NCBI GenBank assembly: GCA_965183835.1
Contig: CBCYME010000010.1
Location: forward strand, 188,102 to 252,101
Direction: 5' to 3'
From: Paracoccaceae bacterium
GTDB lineage: Bacteria > Pseudomonadota > Alphaproteobacteria > Rhodobacterales > Rhodobacteraceae
DNA length: 64,000 bases
Shown here: positions 35,857 to 46,500 of the stretch, piece by piece
How the letters are laid out: each line of letters starts with the position of its first letter
How positions within the stretch are numbered: position 1 is the stretch's first letter
Translations under genes and position numbers: made by a program
Notes under the pieces: model-generated
Seen by the model: the letters and a program-made list of their open reading frames with translations, nothing else
Told to the model about the DNA's origin: nothing
Database searches by the model: none

Positions 35857-38606
35857 CCCTGCTGTCTGGAATCACGTTCACAACGCCTTGGCTTTTGTTA
35901 GGGCTCGTACTGCTGCCCATCCTCTGGTTCATCCTGCGGGCCGTGCCCCCTGCCCCGACGCATCGCCGTTTTCCTGCGGTCAGCCTGCTCTTGGGGCTAA
36001 AGGATGACGAAAGCATTTCGGATCGCACACCCTGGTGGCTGTTGGCCTTGCGCCTGCTTGCCTTGGCCGCTGTGATCGTTGGTCTTGCAGGCCCGGTCTT
36101 AAACCCATCCCGTGATCAGGCCGGGTCTGGTCCGTTGCTGGTTGTGTTGGACGCCAGTTGGGCCGGGGCCACATACTGGCCAGCAAGCACCCGCCAGTTG
36201 GATGCCGAGCTGACAAAGGCAGGCCGATTGGGACGCACGGTTGCCGTGTTGCAACTCACAGATCCACAGCCCTTGGTGTTCCAATCTGCTGAGGCATGGC
36301 GCAGCCGATTGCCCGGATTGAACCCAATGCCTTGGGCTCCCAGCCCCGAGCAAGTCCAAGCCGCACTCTCTAGCATGCAGGCCGCCACTGAACCCTTTGA
36401 CACGTTCTGGTTCAGCGACAGTCTCAACTTTGACGGGCAAAGCAACCTCTTATCCGCGCTTGAAGCGCGCGGCACGGTCAAGGTATTTGAACCCGACCAA
36501 TCCGTTGTTGGACTGAAACCGACCACATTCAAAGACGGCGCGTTGCAGATTTCGGCCCATCGGTCAGCCACGGTATCAAATCAGAACATCACCGTTTTGG
36601 CACAGGGTCGCGACCCTGCGGGAACGCAGCGCACCTTAACCTCTGTCGACCTATCGTTCTCGGCATCTGAAACCGACGCACAAACTGCACTTTCCCTGCC
36701 AACAGAATTGCGCGCCCGGATCACGCATTTCGAGATTCAGGGCCAGGCGTCAGCGGGTGCAACAGCGCTCACGGATGATAGCCTGCGCCGGCGCGAAATC
36801 GCATTGATCGCAGGCCGGGAAAACCGCGAAGGGCTCGAACTTCTGTCGCCTTTGCATTACCTCACCAAAGTCGTCACCCCAAGCGCGGACATCATCGAGG
36901 GCTCACTGCTCGAAGTTCTGCCTGCCAATCCAGATGTGATTGCTTTGGCGGATGTCACAACCCTGACCGCCCTTGAAACAGCCGAAACTATTGCTTGGGT
37001 CGAAAATGGCGGCCTACTCTTGCGGTTTGCAGGGCCGCGCACCGCCAACAGTGACCTTGGCCGCGAGGCCGAGGATCCCCTCCTCCCCGTTCGATTGCGC
37101 GGTGGTGGCCGGTCAGTCGGCGGCGCCATGAGCTGGGGAGAACCCAAATCCTTGGCCCCCTTCCCTGACACATCGCCCTTTTATGGCCTTACCATCCCCG
37201 ACGACGTCCGCGTCACCACACAGGTTCTGGCGCAACCCGATCCCAACCTCGCCGATCGGGTGATCGCCTCTCTCAGTGACGGCACCCCACTTGTCACACG
37301 CAAACCATTGGGCCTAGGCCAAATTGTGTTGTTCCATATCACGTCGGATGCGGAATCCTCGACCCTGCCGCTGTCGGGCTTGTTTGTTGAGATGATGGAC
37401 CGGTTGACCGTATCCTCTGGCACCAAATCCACCCCAGCCAGTGTCGAGGGCACAGTCTGGAGCCCAACGCAGGTCATGGACGGCTTTGGCACTTTGATGA
37501 ATGCCGACACCCTGCCCGGCGTAGACGGGCCAGAGCTGTTATCCGCGCCCATCGGCCCCAATCTGCGCCCCGGTCTATATGGCAATGAAAAAAGAGTGTT
37601 GGCCCGAAACGTAATGAGCTCGGACACCATTCTAAAACAGGCGACGTGGCCCGCGGCCATTCAAGTGCAACGCCCCAGTGCCCAACAGGAACAGCCGCTT
37701 GGGGGGCTATTGCTCAGCCTGTCTCTGATCTTGCTCTGTTTGGATGTGATCGCATCTTTGCTGTTATCCGGTCGCCTGCGCAACACGCAGGTCGCGGCCC
37801 CGGTGATTGCCTTATTGCTGTTTACACCGCAACTCAAAGCTCAAGACGCTGCTGATTTTGCACTAGAGGCGGCGCATGAATTGGTTCTGGCCCATGTTCT
37901 GACCGGCGATAGCGACGTGGACGAAATCGCATTGGCCGGATTGCGCGGCTTGTCTGATACTCTGTACTTTCGAACCTCAATCGAACCGGCAGCACCGATT
38001 GGTGTGGACATCGAACGGGACGAGCTTGCCTTTTTCCCGCTCCTTTATTGGCCCATCACACTCTCACAACCCGTCCCGTCAGAGGCCGCAAATGCCAAAC
38101 TGAACGCCTATCTCAGATCTGGTGGCATGATCCTGTTCGACACACGGGACGCAAATTATGCGCGCTTTGGCGCCACCAGTCCCAATGGACAGAAATTGCA
38201 GCAACTCGCCGCACCGCTGAACATCCCCCCGCTGGAACCCGTGCCCAAAGATCACGTGCTGACCCGCACCTTCTACCTGCTGCAGGATTTCCCCGGACGT
38301 CACATCAGCCCGGATGTCTGGGTCGAGGCCGCTCCTGCAGATGTCGAACAGATCGAGGGCATGCCTTTTCGCAATCTCAACGACGGCGTGACGCCCGTGG
38401 TGATCGGTGGCAATGACTGGGCAGGGGCTTGGGCGGTCGCACGCAACGGCACTGACATGCTGCCAGTGGGGCGTGGCTATGCAGGTGAACGTCAGCGCGA
38501 ATTGGCCCACCGGTTTGGGGTCAACTTGATCATGCACGTGCTCACCGGGAACTATAAATCTGATCAGGTCCATGTGCCTGCATTGCTGGACAGGTTGGGC
38601 CAATGA
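35853..38606 (+). CDS. Large membrane protein: N-terminal double-TM (BatA-like) domain + C-terminal DUF4159
   Basis: ATG 35853 overlaps the DUF58 stop (ATGA). The N-terminus is MTLLSGITFTTPWLLLGLVLLPILWFILR. The C-terminus (FFPLLYWPI...GGNDWAGAW...NLIMHVLTGNYKSDQVH) looks like DUF4159. Confidence 0.75.
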   Translation: MTLLSGITFTTPWLLLGLVLLPILWFILRAVPPAPTHRRFPAVSLLLGLKDDESISDRTPWWLLALRLLALAAVIVGLAGPVLNPSRDQAGSGPLLVVLDASWAGATYWPASTRQLDAELTKAGRLGRTVAVLQLTDPQPLVFQSAEAWRSRLPGLNPMPWAPSPEQVQAALSSMQAATEPFDTFWFSDSLNFDGQSNLLSALEARGTVKVFEPDQSVVGLKPTTFKDGALQISAHRSATVSNQNITVLAQGRDPAGTQRTLTSVDLSFSASETDAQTALSLPTELRARITHFEIQGQASAGATALTDDSLRRREIALIAGRENREGLELLSPLHYLTKVVTPSADIIEGSLLEVLPANPDVIALADVTTLTALETAETIAWVENGGLLLRFAGPRTANSDLGREAEDPLLPVRLRGGGRSVGGAMSWGEPKSLAPFPDTSPFYGLTIPDDVRVTTQVLAQPDPNLADRVIASLSDGTPLVTRKPLGLGQIVLFHITSDAESSTLPLSGLFVEMMDRLTVSSGTKSTPASVEGTVWSPTQVMDGFGTLMNADTLPGVDGPELLSAPIGPNLRPGLYGNEKRVLARNVMSSDTILKQATWPAAIQVQRPSAQQEQPLGGLLLSLSLILLCLDVIASLLLSGRLRNTQVAAPVIALLLFTPQLKAQDAADFALEAAHELVLAHVLTGDSDVDEIALAGLRGLSDTLYFRTSIEPAAPIGVDIERDELAFFPLLYWPITLSQPVPSEAANAKLNAYLRSGGMILFDTRDANYARFGATSPNGQKLQQLAAPLNIPPLEPVPKDHVLTRTFYLLQDFPGRHISPDVWVEAAPADVEQIEGMPFRNLNDGVTPVVIGGNDWAGAWAVARNGTDMLPVGRGYAGERQRELAHRFGVNLIMHVLTGNYKSDQVHVPALLDRLGQ

Positions 38607-40645
38607 CCGGAGAACTCATTTTCGACCCCCTGATCCCGCTGCCTGTGCTGATCGCGCTGGCCCTGCTGTCCTTGGCTGGCGTTGGGCTGGCTTTGTGGCG
38701 GGGGATGTCGGGCTGGGCCTTGCGCGGGCTTGGAATGGCGCTTCTCTTGGCCGCGTTGGCCGGACCCGTGTATCAAATCGAAGACCGCGCCCCGCTCACC
38801 GATATCGTCGTGATGCTCGAGGATGAAAGCGCAAGCCAGTCCCTGGCAAACCGACGCACACAAACCAATGCCGCCGCCGAGACACTGGCTGAGCAGATTG
38901 ATAACCGCCCAAATACCGAGCTGCGGCGCATCCCGGTTGGGGACGGCAAAGGCGATGCTGGCACGCAGCTGATGACCGCCCTATCCGAGGTGCTTGCAGA
39001 GGAACCCAGCGCCCGGATCGCAGGCATCATCGCCCTGTCTGACGGGTTGGTGCATGATATGGAACGCGCCCCGGTCCTGCCTGCGCCGATGCACCTGCTG
39101 CTGACCGGCGAGGCTGAGGATTGGGACCGTCGTCTGGTCGTTGCCAACGCCCCGGCGTTTGCCATCATCGGTGAGCCCGTGACATTGACACTGCGGATCG
39201 AAGACAGCGGAGCCGTGCCGTCCGTGGGACCATTGGCAAGGCTGGAAATCTCAGTCGATGGGGCCCGCCCGGAACAGTTCGATGTGCCAACCGGACGAGA
39301 TATCGAATTGCCCGTCACGCTGACACATGGCGGGCGGAATGTGATCCAGTTTTCAGTCCCCGAAGCGGAGGGGGAGCTGACGGACCGCAACAACACAGCC
39401 CTTGTTCAGATGAATGGTGTTCGCGACCGTCTGCGCGTGCTTTTGGTCAGTGGCGAACCCCACGCCGGTGGCCGCACATGGCGCAACCTTCTGAAATCAG
39501 ACAGCTCGGTTGATCTGGTTCACTTCACCATTCTGCGCCCACCTGAAAAGCAAGACGGCGTTCCAGTGGATGAACTGTCCCTGATCGCCTTTCCCACGCG
39601 TGAGCTGTTTCTGGAAAAAATCGACGATTTCGACCTGATCATTTTCGACCGGTACAAACGACGCGGGATCTTGCCTGCGATCTATCTGGATAACGTCTCA
39701 AACTATGTCTCCAAAGGCGGGGCGGTGTTGGTTGCTGCCGGTCCTGACTTTGCGACCGCCGACAGCATCTATCGGTCCCCCCTTGCCCCGATCCTGCCAG
39801 CGGAACCAACCGCGCGTGTTATCGAAGAGCGGTACTTGCCTAAAGTCACCGACCTTGGGGAACGTCACCCGGTGACATCCGACCTGACCCAAGCCGATGA
39901 CTGGGGTTCGTGGCTCCGCCAGATCGACGTGGAAACACGATCGGGCCACACTGTTATGACTGGGACAGACGATCGCCCCCTCTTGATCCTTGATCGCGTC
40001 GGAGAGGGGCGCGTTGCCTTGCTTGCCTCAGATCATGCTTGGCTCTGGAGCCGAGGATACGAGGGCGGCGGGCCGCAACTCGAATTGCTGCGTCGCCTTG
40101 CCCATTGGATGATGAAAGAACCCGAGCTTGAGGAAGAGGCGTTGTGGGCCGAGGCCAACGGCCAGACAATGCGCATCATCCGGCGCACTTTAGACACCGA
40201 AATTGGGTCCGTTACCGTGACTCCACCCAGCGGTGATCCGGTCACTGTAGAACTGACTGAGGTTACTCCGGGTCGATTTGAAGCAACCTATGTGGGTCCT
40301 GAAATCGGTCTCTATCGCCTGTCCGAAGGGGCGCAAGATGCCGTGATCGGCCTGGGCCCCTCTGCCCCTCGCGAATTTGAAGAAACCATTGCCACGGGCG
40401 ACAGGTTAGATCCTTTGATCACGGGATTGCGCGGTGGCGTCATGCGTCTGCAAGAAGGTCTGCCAACCCTACGCAATGTGCGCGAAGGGCGACCCGCTGC
40501 TGGACGTGGCTGGATCGGCCTCACCCCGCGCAATGCCTATGAAACCCGCGATGTGACCCAAACGCCGCTGCTGCCGGTTTGGTTGGTTTTGCTTTTGGCC
40601 TCTGGGTTTATTCTAGCCGGATGGCTGCGCGAGGGGCGGCGTTAA
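38603..40645 (+). CDS. Hypothetical membrane-anchored protein, fourth gene of the MoxR operon
   Basis: 680-aa ORF with an ATGA overlap with the previous gene. It has N-terminal TM helices, a large soluble region and a C-terminal TM (LLPVWLVLLLASGFILAGW). Confidence 0.65.
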   Translation: MTGELIFDPLIPLPVLIALALLSLAGVGLALWRGMSGWALRGLGMALLLAALAGPVYQIEDRAPLTDIVVMLEDESASQSLANRRTQTNAAAETLAEQIDNRPNTELRRIPVGDGKGDAGTQLMTALSEVLAEEPSARIAGIIALSDGLVHDMERAPVLPAPMHLLLTGEAEDWDRRLVVANAPAFAIIGEPVTLTLRIEDSGAVPSVGPLARLEISVDGARPEQFDVPTGRDIELPVTLTHGGRNVIQFSVPEAEGELTDRNNTALVQMNGVRDRLRVLLVSGEPHAGGRTWRNLLKSDSSVDLVHFTILRPPEKQDGVPVDELSLIAFPTRELFLEKIDDFDLIIFDRYKRRGILPAIYLDNVSNYVSKGGAVLVAAGPDFATADSIYRSPLAPILPAEPTARVIEERYLPKVTDLGERHPVTSDLTQADDWGSWLRQIDVETRSGHTVMTGTDDRPLLILDRVGEGRVALLASDHAWLWSRGYEGGGPQLELLRRLAHWMMKEPELEEEALWAEANGQTMRIIRRTLDTEIGSVTVTPPSGDPVTVELTEVTPGRFEATYVGPEIGLYRLSEGAQDAVIGLGPSAPREFEETIATGDRLDPLITGLRGGVMRLQEGLPTLRNVREGRPAAGRGWIGLTPRNAYETRDVTQTPLLPVWLVLLLASGFILAGWLREGRR

Positions 40646-40677
40646 CGCCCCCGCCATCCTGATCAACTGGGCCGGGT

Positions 40678-41520
40678 CTATTTAAAAACCACCGACACAG
40701 ACGGGTTTCCCGGCAATCCCGTGTATGTGACCGACGCGCCGCCCTTGCCTTTGACCGGCGGGAACAGGGGGCCGAACGAGCCAACCGACACCATGTCCCC
40801 CGGTTTCAGCTCAATCCCTTTGGACATCAACCACAGCACAGACTTCACCGGATGACCCAAAACCGCTTTACCCGGCACCTCGACCAGCACTTCGCCGTCC
40901 GCAGCGCGCAGGGTCACTTGCATATCCGCCAACGCTTGTTCCATTTCGGCCGGGTTCGTCACAGGGATACCCGCGCCTAAGACGCCAAGACGTGGACCCA
41001 CACCCATCGCTGTCAAAGTGACCCCCGTGATTGGTTCCCCCTTGGCAAGTGTCAGGTCAGGCAACTCCATAAACGGATGCACGGTGGAGATATGCGCCAT
41101 GGCCTCGGTAACGGTTGTGGCTTGGTTGATGGCTGCATCCCCGACAACCAATATCAAATCCGATTCAAAAACAGGTCGGGTTCCCCAACCATCAGCCAGT
41201 TCAGCACCGTTTTCCAGCATCATGTCACGATAGAGGACACCTTGGACAGGTTCGCTGACCTTGAACCGATCTTGGGCTGGTTTGCTTGTCAGGCCCGCTT
41301 TGTAGCCAACGACTGGACCCATGTGCGGTTCCAGCGCTTTAGCAAGCTTGGCTTGGGTGCACAGCGCGTCTTCCATGCTGTCGCCTGCATTCAATGCTTT
41401 CGTGGGCTGCTTTTGTACATAATCACCCACAAATCGTAGGATTTCATCATCCGACGCGCATTGCGCCCAAACTGACGTCCCCGACAAAGCCAAGGCAAAA
41501 ACCAATAACGACCGAAACAT
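40678..41520 (-). CDS. Secreted 2-keto-4-pentenoate hydratase (MhpD)/FAH-fold family-like protein
   Basis: 280-aa ORF with a signal peptide (MFRSLLVFALALSGTSVWA). MhpD-like blocks are present (VVGYKAGLTS, LGHPVKSVLWL, LKPGDMVSVGSFG). It lies 17 nt downstream of pbpC on the same strand. Confidence 0.6.
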   Translation of the reverse strand: MFRSLLVFALALSGTSVWAQCASDDEILRFVGDYVQKQPTKALNAGDSMEDALCTQAKLAKALEPHMGPVVGYKAGLTSKPAQDRFKVSEPVQGVLYRDMMLENGAELADGWGTRPVFESDLILVVGDAAINQATTVTEAMAHISTVHPFMELPDLTLAKGEPITGVTLTAMGVGPRLGVLGAGIPVTNPAEMEQALADMQVTLRAADGEVLVEVPGKAVLGHPVKSVLWLMSKGIELKPGDMVSVGSFGPLFPPVKGKGGASVTYTGLPGNPSVSVVFK

Positions 41521-41536
41521 GTGACCCTCCTAAACC

Positions 41537-43570
41537 CTAGTCTTCCAAACGGACCGCAACACGGTCAGAACGCCCTGCGGTATCCACAACAACAAACGTC
41601 GAAAATCCGGCCCCGGGGTTTGGGACTTCGAATTCCCGTTGATACAACCCAGTCGCAACCGCCGCTCCATCGGTCAGCACCATAAACGGAGCCACCCCGC
41701 CGCGCACTTTCAAAGTGACCGGATCATGCCCCAACGCCAAACGTGCCCCGTCCGGGGGAAATAGCAGCTGAGGCGCATCTTGGGCAGCTTCGAACGCCGC
41801 CGAGCGTGGGCGAAAGCGGCGCAACGGCAAAGGCAGCTCAGCAGCGCCTAGGATCAGCGTCGCCGGAGGGGGGGCAGGCAATGGGTCAAAATCTGGCTTC
41901 AAACGGCCAAAGGCCTCGAAAAGAGCAGGGGCCGCCAGATCCCCACCAAACGCCCCCGGAACCGGCGTGCCATCGGCGCGACCCAACCAGACGCCGATCA
42001 CATGACGCCCATCATAGCCAATCGCCCAAGCATCGCGGTGCCCATAAGACGTTCCGGTTTTATAGGCCAAAACATGCGCTTGAGCTCCGGGCGGCGGTGC
42101 AAGGCCACGTAAAATGTCACCCACATGCCAGGCTGCGACGTCCGAGATCATTCGCCCAACCGGTACAGGCGATTGCCCGACCCGATGGTACAAGTTCAAA
42201 CCCTGTCCTGCATTGGCCAAACCTGCGTAAAGCTGCACAAGATCCTGTAGGTTCACCCCGACACCGCCCAGCGCAATCGCCAAACCCGGCACGCCATTTG
42301 GTAGCTTTGGTGCGGCACCGCCTTGCTTCAAAGACGCAACCAACCGCGCCGCACCCAGTTCGTTCGTCAATCGCACAACCGGGATGTTGAGCGACATTTG
42401 CAAGGCATCTCGGACCCGGACATCGCCGCGAAATTCACCGTCAAAATTGTGCGGCGCATAGCGACCAAACATGACGGGACCATCATGGATCAACGTTTCG
42501 GGATGTATCATGCCCTGATCGAACCCCAAGCCATAGATCAGCGGTTTCAGCGTCGATCCCGGCGAGCGCACGGCCTGTGTCATATCCACGAACCCTTGTC
42601 GCGCAGATTGATAGGCAGGTGAGCCAACCGAGGCCAAGATTTCACCCGTTTGGTGATCGGCCACAATCAAAGCACCCGAAACCTGAGGACCAGCTGCGGC
42701 ACTGGCGCGCGCAACCAAACCCTCGACCTTGCGTTGTAGATCAGCGTCCAATGTCAGCGCATGCGTGGCTTTTTCTGGCTGTTCCAAACGCGCCCGATCC
42801 GCGAGGTGCGGTGCCAATTGCGGGAATGGTCGTTGCGCAACCGGGATGGGTTCGCTCAAAGCGGCGCGCGCTTCGGCCCCGTCCAGAACGTTTTGCTTTT
42901 GCATTCGGTTCAACACGCGATCCCGTGCCGCTCGTGCTTGGTCAGGATAGCGATCTGGCCGCCGCCCTTCGGGCCGTTGCGGCAAGGCAACCAACAAAGC
43001 AGATTGCGCTGGCGTCAGACGATGCGGCTCTTTCCCGAACCATGCCACCGTCGCTGCGCGCACGCCTTCTAAATTGCCCCCATACGGCGCGTGTGTCAGG
43101 TAAAGCCGCAGAATATCGTCTTTGCTGAGGCGACGCTCCAAAGCCCAAGCCACGCGCATCTGCCTGAGTTTACCGGCCCAACGCCCTGTTGTGCCGTCTT
43201 CCAACAGGCGCGCGACCTGCATCGTCAGGGTTGACCCCCCAGACACCGGACGCCCATTCCAGAGGGCCTGCCGTACGGCACGCAGCATGGCCCAGCCATC
43301 GACACCGGAATGAGAGTAGAACCGTTTGTCTTCATAGCGGATCAGCATCGCTGTGAAACTAGGATCGACCTTTCCCGGAGCCAAACGCCAGATGCCTGTG
43401 CCCACTGGATAGGCCCGGAGCAAAGCGCCATTTCGATCCCGGACCTCGGTCGAGGTTTCGGTCAAGATCAGTGGCAGGTCGGTGTCCGCAATCCATTGGT
43501 CCCCTGCATCCCTGAGCGCCCCTGCGAGAAACAGGAGCATCCCCAGAAACAGGAACCCAAAGCGTTTCAT
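41537..43570 (-). CDS. pbpC: Penicillin-binding protein 1C
   Basis: 677-aa ORF with a glycosyltransferase-51 domain (EDKRFYSHSGVD, GGSTLTMQ) and a transpeptidase domain (SPGSTLKP, YKTGTS). It lies 8 nt downstream of the alpha-2-macroglobulin gene. Confidence 0.9.
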   Translation of the reverse strand: MKRFGFLFLGMLLFLAGALRDAGDQWIADTDLPLILTETSTEVRDRNGALLRAYPVGTGIWRLAPGKVDPSFTAMLIRYEDKRFYSHSGVDGWAMLRAVRQALWNGRPVSGGSTLTMQVARLLEDGTTGRWAGKLRQMRVAWALERRLSKDDILRLYLTHAPYGGNLEGVRAATVAWFGKEPHRLTPAQSALLVALPQRPEGRRPDRYPDQARAARDRVLNRMQKQNVLDGAEARAALSEPIPVAQRPFPQLAPHLADRARLEQPEKATHALTLDADLQRKVEGLVARASAAAGPQVSGALIVADHQTGEILASVGSPAYQSARQGFVDMTQAVRSPGSTLKPLIYGLGFDQGMIHPETLIHDGPVMFGRYAPHNFDGEFRGDVRVRDALQMSLNIPVVRLTNELGAARLVASLKQGGAAPKLPNGVPGLAIALGGVGVNLQDLVQLYAGLANAGQGLNLYHRVGQSPVPVGRMISDVAAWHVGDILRGLAPPPGAQAHVLAYKTGTSYGHRDAWAIGYDGRHVIGVWLGRADGTPVPGAFGGDLAAPALFEAFGRLKPDFDPLPAPPPATLILGAAELPLPLRRFRPRSAAFEAAQDAPQLLFPPDGARLALGHDPVTLKVRGGVAPFMVLTDGAAVATGLYQREFEVPNPGAGFSTFVVVDTAGRSDRVAVRLED

Positions 43571-43577
43571 TTGCCCG

Positions 43578-46500
43578 TCAATCCTGAACAGTCACGCGCG
43601 ATGTGTCTGTACGCGCACGGAACCGAGGGCGATACATATCTTCGACAGATGCTGCAGGGTGATGGAACTGACCGGCGGACACAGCCCGGACCACATAGGC
43701 CAATGTAACCGGATCGCGGCCACCGATATCCACAGCCGCAAGAAAGCTATCTGATCTGAATTCGCTATGTGTGGCGTCAGACAGGTTTAGCCACTCTAGC
43801 GCGCGTACATCGCCGGACCGCAACAGGCTTGGATTGTCGATCTCAAATCCAGCGGGCAACGGATCACGCACCATCAACCGAGCGCCAGAGTCTTCGAACG
43901 GTTGAACCGTGACCACGGCGACAAAGCGATCACCGACAACAAAGGAGGGTCCGTTGATTTCCCCCCCCTCCATCGAGAAATATTGCCGCTGGATGCTGTA
44001 GCCTGTGCCCCCCGCCGGGGGTGCGACCGTTGGAATGCCGAGTGTGGTCAGGGTAATGTCCTGATCCCCGCTGCCAATTGTGGTGATATTCATCGCCTCC
44101 TGCGTCGCATTAGACAATATTTGTACAAACGGCCCTTCAACCGGCGAACCGTTGACCCGCAGCCCTGAGGTTTCTGGTGATTTCACCAATGCCTGTGCCG
44201 CGAGAAGGGTCCAGGCGGATTCTTGGGTCGACATGGTTTCGGTTTCTTGGCTGACCTGGGTGATCAGACGGTTACGGTCTACCACCGCGCTGCCTGCTTC
44301 GACAGCCAAGGCCAGAACCCCGGCAGTATCGCGAACCGAAGTTCCGTAGTCAGCCCGCCAAAACGGCCCCTCGTGTCCTTCTTGGCGGTCGATCAGTTGA
44401 GCGGCGCGAGAGAACATCCGATCCGCGCGGGTTTGATCCCCGTAAGACGCGAGAGCTGCCCCCAGTTGGGCGGCGGCCAGCGGCGTTGCGAACCCATCCC
44501 CCTTTACATCCGCATAGTAGCGCAGATCGCCCATAGCGGCGGCTCCTTCGCGAGCCAGCACCATCAGGGCATAGGCAATGTCTTCGCCACCGATGTCAAA
44601 ATCCGGCGCATAGTTGATGCGATTGCGCAGATTATCCATCGCTTGGGTAAAGGCCCGATCGGGGACAACATGCCCCTCGGTGCGGGCGCGGCTCAGAAAA
44701 TCGCTGGCATAGGCATCCAGCCAGAAATCACCGCTTTCAGCGCGCCATAGGCCAAAGGCCCCGTTCGACGCTTGCCGTGTCAACACCCGCGCGATTGAGG
44801 CATCAATGCGCGCCCGGACCGCTGGACCGTCCCCAAGTCCCGCAGCCTGAGCAACGGACGACAGGTACAGCAAAGGCATCGCTTGGGAGGTCACCTGTTC
44901 CGTACATCCGTATGGATATCTATCCAGCGCCGTCAGCAAACCCGGCGCATCAAAGCGCGCCAAAGCGCCCGCAGACAGGATTGCCTGTGCAGACCCTGTG
45001 CGCAGCCCGGTAAAGACATCCTTGCTGAACAGGAAACTGTCCCCCGCGCCCAGTGTGAACCGCCGCGTTTGCGCGACAACAGGGTCATTCGACTGAACAG
45101 GTAAGCGCAATGTTTGACGCAAGACACGGTCATCTGGTGTGGTCAGAACAACATCGATGTTCCCCACCCCAGATTGCACAGCCTTGACCGGCACCCGGAA
45201 CGTGGCTTTGCCACCTGTCTCGAGCGTGAAAGCGTCCGGCTGGGTGGCCAGTTGCAGTGCGTTGTCACCAGCCAAGGTCACTGTCATGTCACCGGCAGGG
45301 CCATCTGCATGCACAATCTCAAGCAGGATCTGGCTGTCATCGCCGGGTGCCAGAAAGCGCGGTAAACTGGCGGTTACAACGACGGGGTCGCGCACAATCA
45401 TGTCCTGTTCGGCTTGACCAACGGCTGTTTTGCTCCATGCCACGACCATCAGGCGCACGGTGCCGTTGAAAGCAGGCAGGTCGATGTCGACGGTGGCGGT
45501 GCCATCTACGCCCACCTCAATCGGGCCGCTAAAGCGCGCCATCAAGTCTTGGGTTGGGGGTGGGGACTGCGAGCGCATGCCTGCGTTGGCGTCCCCGCCG
45601 GATCGCACAGAGCCAACCGCACCATTCAGACCATCAATCAAACGCCCATAGACGTCGCGCAATTCGACCCCCAACCGACGTTGACCGAAATAGTGACCAT
45701 CGGGGTCCGGGCTTTCGAAACCTGTCAGGTTGAGAATGCCAACATCCACTGCAGCCAACGTCATCCAGACCTCTTCACCGGCAGCGGCCCCTGAAACAAC
45801 TACTTTCGCCTGCTGGGTTTGGCGGGGCTGGGCGACTTCGGGCACCTCGACCGAGACCGCGAGCCGTTTGCCGATGGGATCCACGGTCGCATGCGCAAGG
45901 CCCAGCGCGCGGGCCGGGTTTTGACCAGCAGAGACATCCATCGGGCGGATCACTGATGCCGTGACATAGGCGCCTGTGCCCCAATCCTCGGTCACTTCAA
46001 GGGGGATCACACTGGCACCGGCGGGTACCTCGACCGACTGGTGATGAATGACCTTGTTGGACATCACTGTGATCAGGGCTGTGCCGGCGGCCCGCGGAAC
46101 GATTCGCAAGTTAGCCGTATCCCCGGGTTGATAGCTGTCTTGATCCAACGAAAGCTCTAAACGGTCTGGGGTCGAGGACGCATCCGCCGCCTGATACCAA
46201 CCCGCGTAGAAATCCGCAGATGCTGCGACGTACCCGCCATCAATACGTTCAACCACCAGCTCGTACGTGCCCCAATCCACAGGATGGGAAACAGACAATG
46301 GTTGCCCCTGTAGCGTCGCGTCGCCTGTTGCAATCCGGGTGCGTCGGGTTACCGGTTCCCAGTTCCAATTGCCGTACAGTTGATACCACTGATACCGGGT
46401 TTCGACCCTATTTAGGGTCCAACGCACCTGCATTGGGGTGGGTGTCAGGTCTGGTGTTAAGCCAATGATTTCGAAGGCGGCTTCTGTCCCCTCACTCACC

